Shown one piece after another: positions 54,800-62,812 of a stretch of 64,000 bases of DNA (its first letter is position 1; the number at the start of each line of letters is the position of its first letter). The stretch lies in assembly GCA_963731625.1 (NCBI GenBank), contig CAVSWH010000021.1, positions 96,108 through 160,107 on the forward strand, in the 5' to 3' direction. The stretch comes from an uncultured Actinomycetes bacterium (lineage in GTDB: Bacteria; Actinomycetota; Acidimicrobiia; IMCC26256; PALSA-555). Under the pieces are notes generated by a model. That model was given only the letters and a program-made list of their open reading frames with translations, was not told the origin of the DNA and made no database searches. The translations under genes were made by a program, and so were the position numbers.

Positions 54800-56218
54800 G
54801 TGAGCGTGGTCGCGCATCCGAGTGTCGAAGATCGCCGAGCGCAGGGGAAGGCTGCACGCGATGTGGTGGCCCCGTCGGGTCATACGGGATGGAAGCCTGC
54901 CGCGGGCCGGCCCGACCCCGTTGCGCTGCTCGAGGAACAGAACACGACTCGGGAGCCGGATCTGGTGCCGGTCCGTCATGGCCGAATGATGGTCTCGCCG
55001 TTCACGTTCTATCGGGGTGCGGCGAAGATCATGGCGTCCGACCTGAAGGACACGCCGAGGGCGGGACTCAACGTCCAGCTGTGCGGCGACGCGCACCTGT
55101 CGAACTTCGGTGCATTCGCGTCACCGGAGCGAACGTTGCTGTTCGACCTGAACGACTTCGACGAGACGCTTCCCGGGCCGTTTGAGTACGACGTCAAACG
55201 GATGGCGGCGAGTTTTGCGATCGCGGCGCGCAACAATGGCTTCAAGAAGGCCGACGAGCGCGCCGCGACGCTTGCCTCAGTGTCGGCGTATCGACAGGCG
55301 ATGGCCGAGTTCGCCGACATGCGCACGCTGGACATCTGGTACTCGCGCATCACCGAGGCGGACGTGTTAGGCGCCGTGAACCAGATCGCGCAGTCGGTGA
55401 AGAGCAAAGCCGACAAGCGCTTGGCCAAGAACGCGGCCGCAACGGCGGAGAAGGCACACACCCGTGACAGCCTGCAGGCCTTGTCGAAGCTCGCGGAGCG
55501 CGTCGACGGCCAGTATCGGATCGTCAGCCAACCCCCGATCGTTGTCCCCGCACGCGACATCGAAGCGGCATTCGGTGTCTCGCCCGGGGAGGTCGAGCGA
55601 ACCATCCACGACCAGTTCCGGGCCTACCGGGCCACGTTGCAAGCCGACCGGCGGGAGCTATTGGAGCGGTTCGAGGTCGTCGACATGGCCCGCAAGGTCG
55701 TGGGCGTCGGCAGCGTCGGCACTCGAGCGTTCATCGTCCTCTTGCAGGGCCGCGATCAGCAAGATCCGCTGTTCCTGCAAGTCAAGGAGGCGACCGCCTC
55801 GGTTCTTGAGGACCACCTGCCCAAGAGCCGTTTTCGGCAACCCGGCGAGCGAGTCGTGGAAGGTCAGCGCATGATGCAGGCGGCGAGCGACATCTTCCTG
55901 GGCTGGACTAAAGGCGTCGAGGCCAATCGGTACCTGTATTGGCGGCAGCTTCGCGACATGAAGGGCTCGGCGGCCGTCGAAACCCTCACACCAACCGGGC
56001 TGTCCTTTTACGGGGGTATCTGCGGCCAAACACTGGCGCGTGCCCACGCCCGCTCCGGCGACCCGATCGCCCTCGCGGCATACCTCGGCAAGAAGGATCG
56101 GTTCGACGAGTCGATCACTGACTTCTCGGAGAGGTACGCCGACCAGAACGAGCGCGACTACCAAGCCTTCACGGCAGCTGTCCGATCCGGACGCCTCGAA
56201 GCACGCGAGGGCCTCTGA
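54800..56218 (+). CDS. DUF2252-family protein
   Basis: 472 aa. The run LVPVRHGRMMVSPFTFYRGAAKIMASDL...QLCGDAHLSNFG...LFDLNDFDET matches my memory of the DUF2252 signature region. Confidence 0.8.
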   Translation: MSVVAHPSVEDRRAQGKAARDVVAPSGHTGWKPAAGRPDPVALLEEQNTTREPDLVPVRHGRMMVSPFTFYRGAAKIMASDLKDTPRAGLNVQLCGDAHLSNFGAFASPERTLLFDLNDFDETLPGPFEYDVKRMAASFAIAARNNGFKKADERAATLASVSAYRQAMAEFADMRTLDIWYSRITEADVLGAVNQIAQSVKSKADKRLAKNAAATAEKAHTRDSLQALSKLAERVDGQYRIVSQPPIVVPARDIEAAFGVSPGEVERTIHDQFRAYRATLQADRRELLERFEVVDMARKVVGVGSVGTRAFIVLLQGRDQQDPLFLQVKEATASVLEDHLPKSRFRQPGERVVEGQRMMQAASDIFLGWTKGVEANRYLYWRQLRDMKGSAAVETLTPTGLSFYGGICGQTLARAHARSGDPIALAAYLGKKDRFDESITDFSERYADQNERDYQAFTAAVRSGRLEAREGL

Positions 56219-56297
56219 CCGAGCCGCACCAGCGGCCACGCCCAGCGTTGATGACTAGGGACAGTGGTGTCGTGGCGGCGAGCCGATCTACGTTTGC

Positions 56298-56460
56298 GTG
56301 ATGGACGCGCCCAACGTGTTGCTGATCATGACGAACGAGTAGCGGTACCCGCCGCCGTACGAGACCGATGCAGCGAAGACGTTCCGTCAGAAGTACCTCC
56401 CAGCGCCCGAACGCGACGCCGAGCGACGCCCTCCTGCACGCCGCAACACCGCCGGCTGAA
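56298..56460 (+). pseudogene. sulfatase N-terminal remnant with in-frame TAG
   Basis: Reads VMDAPNVLLIMTNE*RYPPPYETDAAKTFRQKYLPAPER. PNVLLIMT(D/N)(E/Q) is the sulfatase N-terminal metal-site strand. TAG at 56340-56342 sits where Gln/His is expected. No sulfatase body follows, because the MFS gene starts at 56527. Confidence 0.35.
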
Positions 56461-56526
56461 ACCACGCACCCTCGGTCGGCGCCGCCAAGCTGAGTGTCAC
56501 GCGCCCACATTGACCCACACGCCACG

Positions 56527-58194
56527 ATGACGGATACGACGATGAGGACGGAACAGGCCGTGAGCGGTGCGGCCAAGGCGGTCCTCGTCACATTGGCGGC
56601 TGCGCAGTTCGTAATGATTCTCGACGCGTCGGTGATGAACGTGTCGATCGCGACCGTCGCGAAGGACCTGGGGACGACGGTTACCGGGATCCAGACCGCG
56701 ATCACGATGTTCACGTTGGTGATGGCGGCGTTGATGATCACCGGTGGCCGGATGGGCGCGATCTTGGGACGCAAGCGTGCCTTCTCGATCGGCTGTGTGA
56801 TCTACGCGTGCGGTTCGTTGACGACGGCCGTCTCTCCCAATCTCGGCGTGTTGTTGTTCGGCTGGTCGTTCCTCGAAGGAGTCGGCGCTGCGCTTGTCAT
56901 GCCGGCGATCGTGGCGTTGGTGGCCTCGAACTTCGCCAAACCTGATCGGCCCCGCGCGTACGGGATCGTGGCCGCCGGGGGCGCCATCGCCGTGGGGGTC
57001 GGTCCGCTCATCGGTGGGTTGTTCACCACCTATTGGTCGTGGCGGTACGTGTTCGTCGGTGAGGCGCTCGTGATCGGCGTGGTCCTGCTCCTCAACCGCC
57101 GCACGGCCGACACGCCCAAGGAGGAAGGCGCGCGTCTCGACCTGGTCGGTACGGCGCTGTCGGCGCTGGGGCTGGGCCTGATCGTCTACGGGATCCTCCG
57201 GTCGGGGACCTGGGGACTCGTGCAACCCAAACCGGATGCGCCGACGTGGTTGGGGCTCTCGCCGGTGATCTGGTTGGTGCTTGGTGGCGGAGCGGTCCTG
57301 GTGGGGTTCCTGGAGTGGGAGAAGCACCGGCGGGACGTGGGCAAGCCCGCGCTGCTCGACCCCGCGATCTTGCGGGTCCGTCTGCTCCGCAGCGGGCTCA
57401 CCGCGTTCTTCTTCCAATTCTTGCTCCAGGCCGGCCTGTTCTTCGCGGTGCCGTTGTTCCTGTCGATCGCGCTCGGCCTCTCCGCGATCGAGACCGGCGT
57501 CCGGGTTCTGCCGTTGTCGATCACCTTGGTGATCGCTGCCGTCGGGATCCCCAAGGCGTTTCCACACGCGTCACCGCGGCGCGTGTCCCAGCTCGGGTTC
57601 CTCGCGCTGTTCCTCGGCCTCGTCGTGTTCGTCGCCGCGCTTGACGCCGGCGCCGGCGCCGAGATCACCACCTGGCCGATGATCCTCGGCGGCTTGGGTA
57701 TCGGCGCCCTCGCATCGCAGCTCGGCGCCGTGACCGTCTCTGCCCTGCCCGACGAGCAAAGTGGCGAGGTCGGCGGGCTCCAGAACACCTTTAGCAACCT
57801 CGGTATCTCGCTCGGTACCGCGTTGTCCGGCGCGGTTCTGATCTCAGCGCTGACCGCCTCTTTCTTCACTGGCATCCAGAACAACCCCGCGGTGCCCAAA
57901 GACCTCACCTCCAAGGCCCAAACGCAGCTCACCAGCGGCGTACCGTTCATCTCCGACGCCGACCTCCAAGCCGCGCTCAAAGACGCCGGCGTCACCGGCT
58001 CGACTGCCACCGCAATCGTCGACGCAAACGCGCAGGCCCGCCTCGACGGCCTGCGCGCCTCCCTGTCGCTCCTCGCTGTGCTCGCGCTGATCGCGCTCCT
58101 CTTCACCCGCGGACTCCCCACCACCCCGGTCGGAGCCGAGGAGACTGAATCCGCCGATCCGCTGGCCCAGCAACAAGAGGTGCACGGTCCGTGA
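56527..58194 (+). CDS. MFS transporter, 14-TMS DHA2/EmrB-like
   Basis: Start at ATG 56527 (MTDTTMRTEQ...). It has LDASVMNVSIATVAKDLG (DHA2 motif), GGRMGAILGRKRAF (motif A-like) and many TM helices. Confidence 0.9.
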   Translation: MTDTTMRTEQAVSGAAKAVLVTLAAAQFVMILDASVMNVSIATVAKDLGTTVTGIQTAITMFTLVMAALMITGGRMGAILGRKRAFSIGCVIYACGSLTTAVSPNLGVLLFGWSFLEGVGAALVMPAIVALVASNFAKPDRPRAYGIVAAGGAIAVGVGPLIGGLFTTYWSWRYVFVGEALVIGVVLLLNRRTADTPKEEGARLDLVGTALSALGLGLIVYGILRSGTWGLVQPKPDAPTWLGLSPVIWLVLGGGAVLVGFLEWEKHRRDVGKPALLDPAILRVRLLRSGLTAFFFQFLLQAGLFFAVPLFLSIALGLSAIETGVRVLPLSITLVIAAVGIPKAFPHASPRRVSQLGFLALFLGLVVFVAALDAGAGAEITTWPMILGGLGIGALASQLGAVTVSALPDEQSGEVGGLQNTFSNLGISLGTALSGAVLISALTASFFTGIQNNPAVPKDLTSKAQTQLTSGVPFISDADLQAALKDAGVTGSTATAIVDANAQARLDGLRASLSLLAVLALIALLFTRGLPTTPVGAEETESADPLAQQQEVHGP

Positions 58195-58283
58195 CGCGTT
58201 GACGGACCGTCGGGGAGCCGCGGCGATGACGCCGAGTAGCCTTCCGGACGCAGGGATGGGGATGGCGTGCACCTCGACGTCAC

Positions 58284-59518
58284 ATGGTGAGGGCGGGTCG
58301 CGCCCGGTTGGTGCGTGCGGCCGTCTGTGGGATCGTGCTATCCGTCGTCGCCCTCGTGGTGCCGGTCACGACCGCGCGCGGGCCCGAGCCGAGGCGTGGG
58401 TGGCGGCGTGGAGCTCCAGCCCACAGGGAGCGTTCCCGCTCCCAGTTCCCCCTCGGAGTGCCACAACGAGGGGCGCATCAACGAGCACCGTCACGGTGCG
58501 CGAGTTCATCCATCCGAGCGTCGGCGGGAACGGCGTGCGGGTCCGTCTGACCAACGAGTTCGGCACGACGTCCCTGTGGATGGTGTCGGCGACGCTCGCC
58601 GCCGTCGACGCTGGCGGGGTGGTGCCGGGCACCCTGCACGCGCTGACGGTAGGCGGCCGTTCCGAGATCTCCATCCGCCCGGGTGGCACGGCGCTGACGG
58701 ATCTGGTGCCGTGGACGGTTGACCCGTCGAGCGAGATGGCGGTGAGTCTCGCCATCCGCGCGGGCAGCACCGACGCAACCGAGAACATCGACGCCCAGCA
58801 GCGCAACCTCGTTGCGTACGGGGATCGGGTGTGGCAACGGTCGGATCGGGCGTTCCGGCCCGTCACGGCCTGGCCCTGGGTCTCGGATCTCGAAGTCCGG
58901 CGGCCCGTGCCGAGCCACACCGTCGTTGCGTTCGGTGACTCGCTCACGAGCGGTCTGGGCTCGAGCCTCAACCGCAACGATCGTTGGCCGGACCGCCTGG
59001 CGCGCCGCCTCGACGCCCGACCCGACAACGGCGTCTCGATTGTGAACGCGGGGATCGTCGGCAACCAGCTGCTGGCGTCCACCACCTTGAGCCCGAGCGC
59101 CGTGTCTCGGGTCGGCCAAGACGCGCTCGACCAGCCCGGTGTGCGGACAGTGATTCTCCTCGAGGGCGTGAACGACCTGAACAGCCCGAACCCCCCGAAC
59201 GTCGTGGCCTTGGTGGCGGGCTACCGCCGAGTCGTGGCTGACGCGCACGCCCGCGGCGTCCGGGTCATTGTCTCGACGATCCTCCCGTTCGGCGGCTACG
59301 AGGTGTGGACGCCGGAGCGAGAGCTCGAGCGCGACGCGATCAATCGCTGGATCACGACGAGCGGCGCCTTCGACGGGGTCGTCGACCTGGCGGCCGCGGT
59401 CGCCGACCCGGCCGCGCCTGACCAGCTCGCGGCTCGCTTCGACAGCGGCGACCACCTGCACCTCAACGACGCGGGCTACGTCGCGCTCGCCGCCGCGATC
59501 CCGCTGCGAGGGCTCTAA
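58284..59518 (+). pseudogene. secreted SGNH/GDSL hydrolase with the reading frame broken in a (CG)4 run
   Basis: The signal peptide MVRAGRARLVRAAVCGIVLSVVALVVPVTTAR is in the frame of track ORF 58284..58550. The catalytic body is in the frame of track ORF 58199..59518 (AEAWVAAWSSSPQ..., VVAFGDSLTSG, NAGIVGN, LLEGVNDL, DHLHLND). The frames meet at cgcgcgcg 58373-58380. Confidence 0.7.
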
Positions 59519-59595
59519 CCGCATTTCCGGCCAGAACGGACGATTGCGTCCCGTCCGGGCGTTATCGCGGGGCCTGGTGGCCGTTTTGCACGTAG

Positions 59596-61527
59596 ATGTC
59601 GTGTCCCGACGTGGCCTCATCGTCGACCCGGCGGCACCGTCTCCCGTACTCAGCAGGGATCGACGGCCTGCGTGCCGTCGCGGTGCTGGCGGTGATCGTG
59701 TTCCACGCGGGCGCACCGTGGCTCCCCGGGGGCTTCCTCGGCGTCGACGTCTTCTTTGTCATCTCCGGGTTCCTCATCACCTCGCTCCTGTTGAGCGAGC
59801 ACCGATCGAACGGCCGAATCGGTTTCGGCGGCTTCTGGTCGCGCCGAGCCCGTCGTCTGCTCCCTGCCCTGCTGGTGCTGCTCGGCGTCATGGCCCTGTG
59901 GGCCCGCACGTCGTGGCCCGACCCGGTCCAGCTGCATGCGTTCCCCGGCGACGCCCTCGCCTCGCTCGCCTATGTGGCCAACTGGCATTTCGCCGCGCAG
60001 GGCACGAGCTACTTCACCCAGTTCAGCGCGCCGAGCCCGCTCCAGCATCTGTGGAGTCTCGCGATCGAGGAGCAGTTCTACTTGCTGTGGCCGCTGGCCC
60101 TCGCGGCGTTCCTCGCGGTGCGCTCGCTCGGGCGGCGTGGGCTGCTCGTCCTGGCCCTCGCCGGTGCGGGTGTGTCGATCGCCTTGATGGCGCTGTGGTA
60201 CAGCCCGACGAACCCCTCGGCCGTGTACTTCCAGACCGACACCCATGCGTTCGGGCTGCTCTTCGGTGCCGCGGCCGCGCTCCTCGTCGCCGGGCCGCTC
60301 GGCGAGCGTGTCCGGCGGGCGTGCGCGGTCGTCGCGCCCCTCGCCCTCGGCGGGCTCCTGGCGTGCCTCTTGCTGGTCGACGGCCGTCAGGCGTTCGCGT
60401 ATCAGGGTGGGATCGCGCTCGCCTCGTTCCTGACCGTGCCCGTCGTGGTGGCTGCCTCCCGCCCCGGCGTCGTCACCACCGTGCTCGCGCGCCGGCCGCT
60501 CGTGCGGATCGGGCTCATCTCGTACGGCTTGTACCTGTGGCACTGGCCGATCTGGACGATCCTCACCGACGCCCGCCTCGGGGTCGACTGGTTCGACGGG
60601 ACGGTGATCCGCGCCGGGCTGCTGCTCGCGACGACGCTCGCCTCGTACTGGCTCGTCGAGCGGCCGGTCCGTCACGGCGTGGCCCGCGGCTGGACCGTGC
60701 GACTGGCGACCCCGCTCGTGGTCGGCGGTGTCGCGGCGGCTGTCGTGACCGCGCCGATCGCGCCGCCCGTGTTCACGCCCCCGGTGCAGGTGTCCGCCGC
60801 GACGGCGAGCCGTCAGCCGCCCGTGCACGAGGCGCCCCGGGTCCTCATCGTCGGCGACTCGACGGCAGCGTCCGCCGCGATCGGCTTCATCGATGTCGCA
60901 AGGGCGTCCTACATCGTCGTCCCGGCCGGCATGCCGCCCAAGACGCCCGGCTCGTACTGCCCGCTCGACATCTGGTCCGATGCCGTCCGCGAGACGCCCG
61001 GCGACGTCAAGGTGCACCCGCCCTCGCCGGAGTGTGAGTGGCCGGTGAAGTTCCCGCCCCTGGTGCAGGCCTTCGACCCGTCCGCCGTGGTGGTGATGTG
61101 GAGCCTCTGGGACGGCATGCCCCACCGTGTGAACGGGCAGTGGCTCGAGGTCGGAACACCGGGTTGGGCCGCCGAGCTCACCGCCGCGGCGGACTGCGCG
61201 ATCAGCATGCTCAGCGTGAACGGCGCGCGGGTCTACTTCGCGCTCGCGCCGCCCATGGTCCAGCAGCCCTTCTGGCAGACGGAGGCGCTGGACTCGGTCT
61301 ACGAGGCCGTGGCGGCGGCGGACCCGAACCGGGTCGGCATCATCGACGACCGCAACACCATCCAGAACGGCGGCCCCGGCTACCGGTGGGACGGGATCCA
61401 CTACACGGTCGCGGGCGCCGACGTGCTCGCCACGGCGGCGCTGCCGACGCTCGAGGAGGCGATCACCGGGCCGCGGCTCCCCCCCGCGCCACCAGCGGCG
61501 TGTCAGCCACCGTCGGCCAGTCCCTGA
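59596..61527 (+). CDS. acyltransferase-3 (OafA/YrhL-type) membrane O-acyltransferase with C-terminal SGNH-like domain
   Basis: 643 aa with GIDGLRAVAVLAVIVFHAG...GVDVFFVISGFLIT...HLWSLAIEEQFYLLWP, about 10 TM helices, and a C-terminal extracytoplasmic domain starting VLIVGDSTAAS. Confidence 0.85.
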   Translation: MSCPDVASSSTRRHRLPYSAGIDGLRAVAVLAVIVFHAGAPWLPGGFLGVDVFFVISGFLITSLLLSEHRSNGRIGFGGFWSRRARRLLPALLVLLGVMALWARTSWPDPVQLHAFPGDALASLAYVANWHFAAQGTSYFTQFSAPSPLQHLWSLAIEEQFYLLWPLALAAFLAVRSLGRRGLLVLALAGAGVSIALMALWYSPTNPSAVYFQTDTHAFGLLFGAAAALLVAGPLGERVRRACAVVAPLALGGLLACLLLVDGRQAFAYQGGIALASFLTVPVVVAASRPGVVTTVLARRPLVRIGLISYGLYLWHWPIWTILTDARLGVDWFDGTVIRAGLLLATTLASYWLVERPVRHGVARGWTVRLATPLVVGGVAAAVVTAPIAPPVFTPPVQVSAATASRQPPVHEAPRVLIVGDSTAASAAIGFIDVARASYIVVPAGMPPKTPGSYCPLDIWSDAVRETPGDVKVHPPSPECEWPVKFPPLVQAFDPSAVVVMWSLWDGMPHRVNGQWLEVGTPGWAAELTAAADCAISMLSVNGARVYFALAPPMVQQPFWQTEALDSVYEAVAAADPNRVGIIDDRNTIQNGGPGYRWDGIHYTVAGADVLATAALPTLEEAITGPRLPPAPPAACQPPSASP

Positions 61528-61750
61528 CGCGGCGCGGCGTTTCGCCCCCAGCCTCGACGCCCCGCCCGACCGGTCGCGCCGCACGGGCCGACGACCGACG
61601 CGGCCGAGGCTTCCGGCGGGAGTGATTTCCTGGGGTTCGGCACGAAGGGAACCCCGACAGCAAAGAACTCGGACGCCGTCGCTCGACCGTGGCCGTATCC
61701 CGCCCGTCGCTGCGGCAGCTGGCGCAGCCGCTCGGTGCTGAGTTGCTCGC

Positions 61751-61785
61751 CAGGTCGAGGGTTCGCGTCCCTCTCCCGGCTCCGA
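61751..61785 (+). repeat. copy 6 of the tRNA-Thr 3' part (most diverged)
   Basis: caggtcgagggttcgcgtccctctcccggctccga is 31/35 identical to 45908-45942. The T-arm still pairs (GAGGG/CCCTC). Confidence 0.6.
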
Positions 61786-61792
61786 GTGTCCT

Positions 61793-62608
61793 TTACCCCG
61801 CCCGCATCGTGTTCGCGGCCGCTCGTTCGCTGTGGAGCAGCGCCCAGGGTCGGTCGTCGGTCATGTCGTACACCTGGTGCTCGATGGGTACGCGGTAGCG
61901 GTAGTCGGTGTCGGTGAACCCGCGGAAGTGATAGTTCAGCAGCCGGCGGTCGGCGAGTGACCGAGCACCGACGATGAGCTGTGGGTAGTGCACGCCGATC
62001 GCCGCGGCGGCGCGACATCGAGTGATGCTCTTCATGCCGTGGAAGAGCGGCACGACCTCAGCGCATCGTCGAAGTTCGGGGACGAGGAGGGGCGCAGGTC
62101 GTGGTCGTCGCTCACCGTCCCAGCGCGGCTCGACGACGACCTGCTCCATCTGGATCGAGTCGTAGGCGTCGGGGCATGCGGTGAGCGCCGCCTTGATGGT
62201 TCGAAACTCGTCTTGCGGCACGAGGTACTCGTCGATGTCGTGGACTCCGACCCAGTCGAAGTTGTGGCGCTGGAGGCCAAACACCGCGTTGTAGAAGCGA
62301 CGCTGCGCGGGCATGTAGTGGGGATCGGTACGCAGCACGATGTAGGGCGTCACGCGCGCGCCGAACGGGCGGACCAGATCGAGTGTGTGCTCGAGCAGCT
62401 CGACCTCGGTCGACTCCAGGTCGTACATCGCGGGCGTGGGGCGCCGAGGGTTCAGGTACGTCGATGGATCGACGAGGTCGTCCGTCACGTTCAGACCCAA
62501 GAAGGTGTGGTCGACGCCCAGGGTCAGGTGATACTCGAGCCACTCGCCGATGAACGGGAGCTCGCCCCGCAGGTACATGAGCGCGACCGTGCACACCCGC
62601 GTATTCAC
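61793..62608 (-). CDS. glycosyltransferase family 92 (DUF23)-like protein
   Basis: GTG 62608, 271 aa, with LRGELPFIGEWLEYHLTLGVDHTF and WVGVHDIDEYLVP (DxD-type motif). Family assignment is from memory. The upstream 276 codons of track ORF 61793..63436 are Arg/Pro-rich and antisense to the next gene. Confidence 0.55.
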   Translation of the reverse strand: MNTRVCTVALMYLRGELPFIGEWLEYHLTLGVDHTFLGLNVTDDLVDPSTYLNPRRPTPAMYDLESTEVELLEHTLDLVRPFGARVTPYIVLRTDPHYMPAQRRFYNAVFGLQRHNFDWVGVHDIDEYLVPQDEFRTIKAALTACPDAYDSIQMEQVVVEPRWDGERRPRPAPLLVPELRRCAEVVPLFHGMKSITRCRAAAAIGVHYPQLIVGARSLADRRLLNYHFRGFTDTDYRYRVPIEHQVYDMTDDRPWALLHSERAAANTMRAG

Positions 62609-62812
62609 CAGGCGCCGCCAGCGACCGGTGCGAGGTGGCCCGTCAAGCCGCGGCCGGCACACGCGGCGCGGCGCCGCTGGGCCCGCGCGCCGCCGCGGCG
62701 GCGCGAAGGAGGCGTGCCGCGCATGGGCGCGAACGCTACCGGCCCGCGGCCGCGCCGTCCCGTGGTCCGGTGCGCATCGGGCATCGGCGTCGCACCGGTA
62801 ATCTCGCCTGCC

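Noticed and set aside
58199-58283. Track start (MTDRRGAAAMTPSS...) for the SGNH hydrolase
   Set aside because: It gives a 60-residue N-terminus with no signal peptide for an enzyme family that is normally exported. A proper signal peptide exists in the adjacent frame and joins after removal of one CG unit.
61709-61781. A tRNA gene at att copy 6
   Set aside because: The T-arm folds and the length is right. But the acceptor has mismatches, the D-stem would have a 3-nt loop, no anticodon stem forms, and the 5' 42 nt are only about 40% identical to tRNA-Thr.
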